Under the pieces are notes generated by a model. The model was not told the DNA's origin and searched no databases. It was given only the letters and a program-made list of their open reading frames with translations. Of a DNA stretch of 6,007 nucleotides, positions 1 through 5,729 are shown piece after piece (positions within the stretch are counted from its first letter, which is position 1; every line of letters starts with the position of its first letter). The stretch is from NCBI GenBank assembly GCA_038833255.1, contig JAWBIX010000026.1, positions 1 through 6,007 on the forward strand, written 5' to 3'. This stretch comes from Nanopusillaceae archaeon (GTDB lineage: Archaea; Nanobdellota; Nanobdellia; Nanobdellales; Nanobdellaceae). Made by a program: the position numbers and the translations under genes.

Positions 1-150
1 TCATTTATCTTTTCATTTTTAATAGTATTTTTATCAATTGGAATATTAGAAAAAATAGATAAAAAATATTTTATGGTTTTGAACAGAATTTTTGGTTTAA
101 TACTCTTGGCTATAGCTATAGAAATTTTATTTTCTACAATAAAATTATGA
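1..150 (+). CDS. 3' end of a multi-pass membrane protein, possibly MarC/UPF0056 family (5' end lies outside the window)
   Basis: Frame 1 is open from the window edge and reads SFIFSFLIVFLSIGILEKIDKKYFMVLNRIFGLILLAIAIEILFSTIKL*. The TGA stop at 148-150 overlaps the next ATG (ATGA at 147-150). The hydrophobic tail ..NRIFGLILLAIAIEIL.. resembles the C-terminal helix of MarC-family proteins, recalled from memory. This ORF is too short to appear in the supplied ORF track. Confidence 0.45.
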   Translation, partial: SFIFSFLIVFLSIGILEKIDKKYFMVLNRIFGLILLAIAIEILFSTIKL

Positions 151-878
151 TATTATTACACAGAAAAAGTGGAAAAAGAATATATATCAAAGAAATAAAA
201 GACATAAATACGCATTGGGGAATAATAAAGAAAGAAGATCTTGAAAAAGCAAAGCCTTACGATATTTTAAAATCTCATTTAAATGAAGAATTCTTAGTTA
301 TAGAAGATAACATAATAGATTTATTAAAATTCTTAAAAAGAAAAACTCAATCAACACATCCAAAAGATTTTGGACTTTTAGTTTCTTTGACGGGATTATC
401 TAGTGGATGGAAGGTTGTTGAATTAGGTACAGGGTCTGGAATACTTACAGCATTTTTAGCAAATATAGTAAAACCTGATGGAAAAATATATTCATATGAA
501 AATAGAAAAGAATTTTATGATATTGCTAAAGAAAATCTGATAAAGCTAAATTTAATTGATTATGTTGAACTAAAATTAAAAGATGTAAAAGAAGGGATAG
601 AGGAAAAAAATGTAGATTTAGTTGTTTCGGATATACCAGATCCATTTTTAATTTTAGACAATATATACGATTCTTTAAAGTTAGGAGGATATTTTGTTTC
701 ATTTTTACCAAATATTACTAGTGTATTAAAATTATTAGATAAAAATGAAAAATTTAATTTAGTTGGAGTTTATGAAAATATTTTAAGAGTTTGGAAATAT
801 GAAAAAAAAGATGTATTAAGACCGAAAAATAAACAGTTAGTTCATACAGAGTTTTTGGTATTGATGAGAAAGTTATAA
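147..878 (+). CDS. trmI: tRNA (adenine-N1)-methyltransferase, TrmI/Gcd14 family (m1A57/58)
   Basis: 243-aa ORF. It has the class I SAM-binding motif VVELGTGSGILTAFLA, then the acidic loop IYSYENRKEF and the DIPDP motif (VDLVVSDIPDPF) typical of the Gcd14/TrmI family. The N-terminal beta-domain pattern (GKRIYIKEI..THWGII) and the C-terminal HTEFLVLMRK (family pattern HTGFLxxARK) are also present. Confidence 0.85.
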   Translation: MILLHRKSGKRIYIKEIKDINTHWGIIKKEDLEKAKPYDILKSHLNEEFLVIEDNIIDLLKFLKRKTQSTHPKDFGLLVSLTGLSSGWKVVELGTGSGILTAFLANIVKPDGKIYSYENRKEFYDIAKENLIKLNLIDYVELKLKDVKEGIEEKNVDLVVSDIPDPFLILDNIYDSLKLGGYFVSFLPNITSVLKLLDKNEKFNLVGVYENILRVWKYEKKDVLRPKNKQLVHTEFLVLMRKL

Positions 879-901
879 GTAAAAAAGAAAATAATTTTAT
901 T

Positions 902-1582
902 ATGATATCTTTAGATTATCTAAATATAAAAATAGACAAAAATTACAATCTTTTATTAGAAGATAAAATCATAAAACCAAAAATTAGAACAAAAGAAGAC
1001 ATGAAGGATGTTTTACTAGAATATGATGGAAAAAATGAAGATCTTTATTATATGTATAGAGGTGTTTTTTTAGAAAAAGATAGAGAAATTTTTGAAAAAT
1101 ACAGAATTAGACATGATATAACCCTAATTCCAGATAAGATAATTGGTAGAGAATATAATAAAACGTATGGACATTATCATCCAGGAAATTATATTGAAAT
1201 ATATGAAGTTTTAAATGGAAAAGCGATTTTTGTTCTTCAAAGTAGAGATTTTAAGAATTTAATAATAATGGAAGCAAAGAAGGGAGACCAAATTCTTATT
1301 TTACCTGGTTATGGACATGTAACAATCAATATTGGTAAAGAGCCATTAATTTTAAGCAATTTAGTTTATTGGGATTTTGAATCTGATTATAGTATTTATA
1401 AAGAAAAGAAAGGAGCAATGGTTTATATAACTTTAGATGGAATAATATTCAATAAAAATTATTCAAATGACTTTTCTGTTATTAAATTAAATGGAAAAAG
1501 AATATTTGACGAAAGTATATATCTAGAATTTTTAAAAAATCCGGAAAATTTTGAGTTTTTAAAAGAATCTTTTAAAATATAG
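902..1582 (+). CDS. pgiA: Cupin-type glucose-6-phosphate isomerase (archaeal cPGI)
   Basis: 226-aa ORF. It carries both cPGI signature blocks, TYGHYHPGNYIEIYEV (family pattern TxGHxH...ExY) and LPGYGHVTINIG (family pattern PPxxxHxxxN). From memory it is collinear with Pyrococcus furiosus PGI, for example GKAIFVLQ against GKGGMLLQ and GKEPLILSNLVY..ESDY against GDEPFIFLAIYP..GHDY. Confidence 0.85.
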   Translation: MISLDYLNIKIDKNYNLLLEDKIIKPKIRTKEDMKDVLLEYDGKNEDLYYMYRGVFLEKDREIFEKYRIRHDITLIPDKIIGREYNKTYGHYHPGNYIEIYEVLNGKAIFVLQSRDFKNLIIMEAKKGDQILILPGYGHVTINIGKEPLILSNLVYWDFESDYSIYKEKKGAMVYITLDGIIFNKNYSNDFSVIKLNGKRIFDESIYLEFLKNPENFEFLKESFKI

Positions 1583-1585
1583 AAT

Positions 1586-2416
1586 ATGAAGAAAGTAAAT
1601 AAACTAGTTTTTGGCCCTGCAGGTATACCAATTTCATCTCCAAAAAAAGATACATTAAATGGTATTATTTTTTCTTATGAAAGTCTAAATCTTGAAGGAT
1701 TCGAAATGGAGTTTGTTTATGGAATCAAACTAAGAGATGATGAAGCTAAAAAAATAAGCGAATATGTAAAAGAAAAAGGAATAATTCTTACAGCTCATGC
1801 ACCATATTTTATTAATTTAAATGCTATAGAAAAATCAAAAAGGGAAAAATCTATTCAAATGATAGTTGATACTGCTAAAAAAACATGGTTATCTGGAGGA
1901 TATTCAATAGTTTTTCATCCAGGATGGTATATGAAATCTACAAAAGAAGAGGCATATCTTAGAGTTAAGGAAGGAATAGAAAGAGTAGTAAAAATTTTGA
2001 AAGATCTTGGAATTGAAATTTGGATAAGACCCGAAACTATGGAAGGAGAGAAAAAGTTTGGAAGTTTAGAAGAAGTTATAAGATTGTCTAAAGAGATAGA
2101 AAATGTATTACCAGTAATAGATTTTGCTCATTTAAGGTACAGATATAAAAATAAAGATATTGCTTTTTTTAGAGAAATTTTAGAAATAATAGAAAAAGAA
2201 TTGGGAAAAGAGGCTTTAGAAAATTCACATATACATATGTCTGGAATAAAAATGGACAAAGCAGGAACTCATTTAAATTTGGAAGAGTCAGATATGCCTT
2301 GGAAAGAAATTTTACTATTATTAAAAGAATTTAATGTTAAAGGAATAGTAATATCAGAAAGTCCAAATATAGAAGGAGATGCTATTCTTATGATGAATTA
2401 TTATAAAAATTTATAA
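1586..2416 (+). CDS. nfo: Endonuclease IV family AP endonuclease (xylose-isomerase-like TIM barrel)
   Basis: 276-aa ORF. Blocks match the Nfo metal-binding positions in order: TAHAPYFINL (E. coli PHDSYLINL), VFHPGWY (NFHPGSH), IRPETMEG (VIENTAG), VIDFAHL (CIDTCHA), HIHMSG...D..GTHLNL (MHLND...DRHHSLG) and VISESP (LILETP). The start lies 3 nt after the pgiA stop. Confidence 0.75.
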   Translation: MKKVNKLVFGPAGIPISSPKKDTLNGIIFSYESLNLEGFEMEFVYGIKLRDDEAKKISEYVKEKGIILTAHAPYFINLNAIEKSKREKSIQMIVDTAKKTWLSGGYSIVFHPGWYMKSTKEEAYLRVKEGIERVVKILKDLGIEIWIRPETMEGEKKFGSLEEVIRLSKEIENVLPVIDFAHLRYRYKNKDIAFFREILEIIEKELGKEALENSHIHMSGIKMDKAGTHLNLEESDMPWKEILLLLKEFNVKGIVISESPNIEGDAILMMNYYKNL

Positions 2417-3895
2417 GAGGAAATTAGTTAATTTTACATAAGCCGGCCTTGTTATAAAATATCCTACTAAAGCAGTAATTATTGTCATAAATGCAAATCC
2501 TCTAAATAAACCAAAAGCCATGCTAGGATGTAACATTGGAACAAATGCTATAATTTCTGTAAATATTGCTGTGAATACAATAAATAAAACTTTTTTTATT
2601 GATTTTTCTACCTTATATTCTCTCTTTCCTCTGAGAACATCATTTACTATAATTAAATTATCGTCCATACCTGTTGAAATTCCCAAGAATATTCCTAAAA
2701 TTGCTGCAACATCTAAAGTTTGTCCAACAGCAATTGCTATAGCAACAGCCAATATGACTTCTGAAATCATTGGTATATAAATTAACAGTGAAGCAACAAT
2801 ATTTCTATATACAGAAAATACTAATATTCCTAGAATTGCTAGAGCAAGTATTAATGCTATTGAAAACTTGTTTAAATATTCTTTTGCAATTTGTGGAGAA
2901 ATATAAGATATTTGTTCTATTTCAAATTTTGATGGCAAAGAACCACTTCCTAAAACAACTTGTAAATCTCTAGCTTTATTTAAAGCATTTTCAGAAGCCT
3001 CTCTCTGAGTGTTTCCGCTTCCAGAAACTTTTATTAGGACTTGCGTTGCTTCTACTCCTCTTAAATTAGCATCTATATACAATTCAGAAATTAATTCACC
3101 GTCTAAGTAGAAATATATTTTTTCTTTCAAATATCTTCCTCCAAGTTCTAAAGATAAAGGAATATCTCTTGTTATATTTGCAAATCTTCTGGCAGCATCT
3201 CTGTTCAATACAAGTGTGAAGTAATAAGAACAGTACCATCCAGTTATATCTCTATCACATCCTTCGAATCCAGCATATCCAGGACTAGTGAGAATATTAA
3301 TAATATCTGAACCAGTAAATACAGTAATATTCATTATTTTTGCTTCAAAATGACCTTGTTGTTTTATTACATCTATTAATCTTTTTTCTGTTGTTGGAAC
3401 TTGAATAACAATATATTTATCTCCAGCTGCATAAATGTTCAAAGATTTTAATCCTAGAGCATTTAATCTATCTTCTAATACTCTTTGTGCTAAATGTAAG
3501 TGATCTCTAGATATTTCTTCTAAAGATTTTAGAATTATCATATAACCACCACCAATATCAATACCAAATTTTATATTTCCTGTTATTGTTACTATAGTTT
3601 TTTCCTTAAATTCATGTATATTCTCTTCTTCTATTAAATAGTTTCCCCTATCTGTATTAACTAATATATTTCCTTTTTCAGGAATGCAAGAATAAAAATC
3701 TTGTATGTTTCTTACTTTGCAATCATTTATAGAATAAATTATAGTACCTCTTGGTATTATTGGGCTATCTTCAACTACAACTTTCATTGTAGTAATAGAA
3801 TATATCAAATAAATTATTGCAATAATAGTTGAAACAAAATATATTGCAACTCTTATATCTTTAAGCAATTCCTTTAACCTTCCTAAAAACATCAT
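2411..3895 (-). CDS. secD: Protein-export membrane protein SecD
   Basis: 494-aa ORF with SecD architecture. There is one N-terminal TM helix, a large extracytoplasmic domain containing GIDIGGG and LNALGLKSLNIYAAGDKYIVIQVP (SecD pattern: ...qg.driVvqlPG), the motif LGSGSLPSKFEIEQISYISPQIAKE (aGaLP..l.i.e...vGP.LG), then five C-terminal TM helices. That gives six TM helices in total, so this is SecD alone and not a SecDF fusion. Confidence 0.8.
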   Translation of the reverse strand: MMFLGRLKELLKDIRVAIYFVSTIIAIIYLIYSITTMKVVVEDSPIIPRGTIIYSINDCKVRNIQDFYSCIPEKGNILVNTDRGNYLIEEENIHEFKEKTIVTITGNIKFGIDIGGGYMIILKSLEEISRDHLHLAQRVLEDRLNALGLKSLNIYAAGDKYIVIQVPTTEKRLIDVIKQQGHFEAKIMNITVFTGSDIINILTSPGYAGFEGCDRDITGWYCSYYFTLVLNRDAARRFANITRDIPLSLELGGRYLKEKIYFYLDGELISELYIDANLRGVEATQVLIKVSGSGNTQREASENALNKARDLQVVLGSGSLPSKFEIEQISYISPQIAKEYLNKFSIALILALAILGILVFSVYRNIVASLLIYIPMISEVILAVAIAIAVGQTLDVAAILGIFLGISTGMDDNLIIVNDVLRGKREYKVEKSIKKVLFIVFTAIFTEIIAFVPMLHPSMAFGLFRGFAFMTIITALVGYFITRPAYVKLTNFLL

Positions 3896-3919
3896 TTTTT
3901 AATTATATTAAAAATATTT

Positions 3920-4498
3920 TTATGGTTTTCCCCTCGAGTATCCTAAAGTTACTCCCATAGCAATTAAATGTGCAACTCTAACAGGTTCGGGAATTCTTGA
4001 GTTTATAGAAGTTTTCAATATTATTTCTTTTGATTCTTCATCAGATATTCCAACATTTTGAAAATATGTAGTACCATATTTTGTATTTACAGGTTTTGGC
4101 TCTGGCAAACTTTTGATAATTTCTAATTTTTTTTCATAATTTTTTACTTTTTTTGCAGCTAATAAAAACTTTTCCATATTCGGTTTTTTTCTTACTACAG
4201 CAATAATAGGAATTCCTAATTCTTTGTTTAATCTTTTCATATCTATTATATTAAATCCGGCAAAGGAAATTCCATTTGTCATTATTAATCTTATTTGATG
4301 TTTATGTGTAGTTCTAGATATCATTTCTATGATCTTATCTGTAACGTCATCTCCATCAACCTCTATATAATTTGATAACACACCATCTATTTGTTTATAA
4401 CCTCTCATAATGACACCAACCATTAAGCTTTTTTTATCTCTATATTTATCAAAAAATCCATCATCTATTCCTACAATTCTTATTTCATTTTTAATCAT
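3920..4498 (-). CDS. DUF99/UPF0215 family protein, an archaeal conserved putative nuclease-like protein
   Basis: 192-aa ORF. The N-terminal IRIVGIDDGFF motif and the overall length match my recollection of the archaeal UPF0215 (DUF99) family. I believe some databases name the family a dU-directed endonuclease, but I cannot verify that here. The start overlaps the mbf1 stop (ATGA on the - strand at 4498-4495). Confidence 0.7.
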   Translation of the reverse strand: MIKNEIRIVGIDDGFFDKYRDKKSLMVGVIMRGYKQIDGVLSNYIEVDGDDVTDKIIEMISRTTHKHQIRLIMTNGISFAGFNIIDMKRLNKELGIPIIAVVRKKPNMEKFLLAAKKVKNYEKKLEIIKSLPEPKPVNTKYGTTYFQNVGISDEESKEIILKTSINSRIPEPVRVAHLIAMGVTLGYSRGKP

Positions 4499-4935
4499 TC
4501 TTCAAATTCAATTACATCTGCTACTCTTATATTAAATCTGTCTTCTACCTTTTCTTTTTCTATTTTTTCTTTCTTTATTATTTTTTCACCAATAATTTTT
4601 TCTATTTTTTTAGCCAATTCTAAAGATGGTACAATTTTTCCCTCTTCTATACTTTTATAAAGATTTTCCTTAATTCCCAATAGTTTTGCCATATCTTTTT
4701 GTTTTAATTTTTTACTTTCTCTGTATTTTTTAAGTTTTTCATGAAAATTATCTTCTATAAATTCTTCTTCTAAAGATAAATCTCTTTTTTTACTTTCAAG
4801 ATTAGTTTTTTTAATTATTTCAACATCTTTTTTTATTTTTAGGTTTTTAAAACAGTTTTCGCAAATATTTATTAATGCTCCTTCTAAAAAAACTTTTCTA
4901 GAAGATTTATTTATTCCACAAATCTCACAAATCAT
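4495..4935 (-). CDS. mbf1: Archaeal multiprotein bridging factor 1 (aMBF1): N-terminal zinc ribbon plus C-terminal XRE-type HTH
   Basis: 146-aa ORF. It has a CxxC-x18-CxxC zinc ribbon (MICEICG...ICENC), a Lys/Glu-rich linker, then a cro/C1-type HTH (LKKYRESKKLKQKDMAKLLGIKENLYKSIEEGKIVPSLELAKKIEKIIG). A short conserved C-terminal tail follows (..IRVADVIEF). This is the canonical aMBF1 domain order. Confidence 0.85.
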   Translation of the reverse strand: MICEICGINKSSRKVFLEGALINICENCFKNLKIKKDVEIIKKTNLESKKRDLSLEEEFIEDNFHEKLKKYRESKKLKQKDMAKLLGIKENLYKSIEEGKIVPSLELAKKIEKIIGEKIIKKEKIEKEKVEDRFNIRVADVIEFEE

Positions 4936-5570
4936 TTTAATATTTTTTTAATTTCTTCTTTATATTCTAAAGTTAAGATTATTCCAATAAATAATCCTAA
5001 AGATATTGCAACTACTATTAGGAATATACTTAAGACAGTATAGAAAATATAGGTAGGTAAATTTACTATTTCTAATGCCCATATAAAGAAAATATATATT
5101 GTTAATCCTCTTGATAGATTTAAAACAATCTTCTTATCTGTTATAGATCTTAGATATCTTTCTAAAATTGCTGAAACTATAAAACCAATAGACAACACTA
5201 TAATTATTTTATAAAGCATGTTTAAATATGAGAATAAAATTGCCATTATTAAATTAATCCTTTCTAGGCCAAGAATTATAAAATAAAAATATATGTAATA
5301 TTTTAACAAATTTCTAATGTAAATTGATGGTTTTATATTAAAGAAAGCATTTTCTATATTATTTTTTTTAAAAATATCATCTAACTTTATATAAGACAAA
5401 ATAATTCTAGCAAAAAAATCTAAGAATCTACCTATAATATAACCAAGAGTAGCTATAAGTATAAATAAAACTATATTTGACGCATATATTGGGGTGTTTG
5501 CTATAAATGTTATGATAGGTAAAGTTATTTCTTTATAAACTATTTCTAAAATATCTGTAATAATATCCAT
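4932..5570 (-). CDS. Integral membrane protein with two 'conserved TM helix' (PF05552-like) repeats and no attached channel domain
   Basis: 212-aa ORF. One unit type occurs twice: a TM helix, a basic amphipathic stretch, a short polar loop, then a second TM helix ending in ..LE(R/I)xNL. Repeat 1 is NIVLFILIATLGYIIGRFLDFFARIILSYIKLDDIFKK...PSIYIRNLLKYYIYFYFIILGLERINL. Repeat 2 is IIIVLSIGFIVSAILERYLRSI...LSRGLTIYIFFIWALEIVNL. A final TM helix follows. The pattern matches my memory of the TM_helix repeat found N-terminal to some MscS-like proteins. The stop overlaps the mbf1 start (ATGA). That this is a real CDS is likely; the family call is moderate. Confidence 0.55.
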   Translation of the reverse strand: MDIITDILEIVYKEITLPIITFIANTPIYASNIVLFILIATLGYIIGRFLDFFARIILSYIKLDDIFKKNNIENAFFNIKPSIYIRNLLKYYIYFYFIILGLERINLIMAILFSYLNMLYKIIIVLSIGFIVSAILERYLRSITDKKIVLNLSRGLTIYIFFIWALEIVNLPTYIFYTVLSIFLIVVAISLGLFIGIILTLEYKEEIKKILK

Positions 5571-5617
5571 ACTTTTTAAACTAATTAAAAATTTATTAGT
5601 ATAAAATCAAATAATAT
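5571..5617. promoter_or_regulatory. 47-bp divergent intergenic region, presumed to hold promoters for the - strand operon and for tRNA-Ile
   Basis: This is the only non-coding DNA between two divergently oriented transcription units. The - strand reads TTTTATA at 5606-5600, about 33 nt upstream of the ATG at 5570. The + strand reads AAAAATTTATTA at 5587-5598, about 20-30 nt upstream of the tRNA 5' end. TATA-like strings are common in DNA this AT-rich, so the exact boxes are not resolved. Confidence 0.3.
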
Positions 5618-5689
5618 GGGCCCGTGGCTCAGTGGCGGAGCGCCCGGCTGATAACCGGGAGGTCGGGGGTTCAATTCCCCCCGGGCCCA
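5618..5689 (+). tRNA. tRNA-Ile (anticodon GAU), with no intron and no encoded CCA
   Basis: A manual cloverleaf fits. The acceptor is GGGCCCG/CGGGCCC, the D arm GCTC-AGTGGCG-GAGC, the anticodon arm CCCGG-CTGATAA-CCGGG (GAT at 5650-5652), the variable loop AGGTC, and the T arm GGGGG-TTCAATT-CCCCC. The discriminator is A5689, and the following bases are CTT, not CCA. Confidence 0.95.
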
Positions 5690-5690
5690 C

Positions 5691-5712
5691 TTAGATAATT
5701 TAAATTATCTAA
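5691..5712. repeat. Perfect 22-bp palindrome TTAGATAATTT|AAATTATCTAA (11 + 11, no spacer)
   Basis: Checked base by base: all 11 pairs from 5691:5712 through 5701:5702 are complementary, and the pairing breaks at 5690:5713. It lies 2 nt after the tRNA discriminator base. Its centre is 28-29 nt upstream of the eno ATG. Confidence 0.9.
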
Positions 5713-5729
5713 AAAATAAAAATAAATTT

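Noticed and set aside
526-711. 61-aa ORF antisense to trmI
   Set aside because: It lies entirely inside a strongly supported TrmI coding region, on the opposite strand. The translation is low-complexity with no recognisable motif. It is most likely a chance open frame.
2390-2396. ATGATGA (C-box-like) near the nfo 3' end, and a weaker TGATGA at 863-868, as possible C/D box sRNAs
   Set aside because: No CTGA D box or C'/D' pair lies within about 40-80 nt downstream of either. At 2390 the string is simply the Met-Met-Asn codons of nfo.
2520-2973. Two + strand ORFs (86 aa and 67 aa) antisense to the secD transmembrane region
   Set aside because: Both lie wholly within secD, whose frame carries clear family motifs. 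Antisense frames of hydrophobic-codon-rich segments often stay open. There is no independent start context or motif support.
2411-3895. Possible fused SecDF
   Set aside because: Only six TM helices (1 + 5) and one periplasmic domain are present. At 494 aa the size fits SecD alone.
3896-3919. TATA-like string (- strand TTTTTAATATAA) between DUF99 and secD as an internal promoter
   Set aside because: It lies only about 10-20 nt from the secD ATG, too close for the usual spacing of about 25 nt from TATA box to TSS. Strings like this occur by chance throughout this AT-rich sequence. secD is more simply read as co-transcribed with the upstream genes.
4500-4830. Long poly-T/poly-A-like and TTTTTCT-type low-complexity runs that look like tandem repeats
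   Set aside because: They are the reverse complement of the Lys/Glu-rich linker and tail of aMBF1 (..KKEKIEKEKVED.., ..LESKKRDLSLEEE..). This is a compositional effect of AAA/GAA codons. I could identify no fixed repeat unit.
5618-5729. tRNA gene as an integration site (att) for a mobile element or genomic island
   Set aside because: There is no integrase and no direct repeat of the tRNA 3' end anywhere in the window. The flanking genes are core housekeeping genes (enolase, MBF1 operon).
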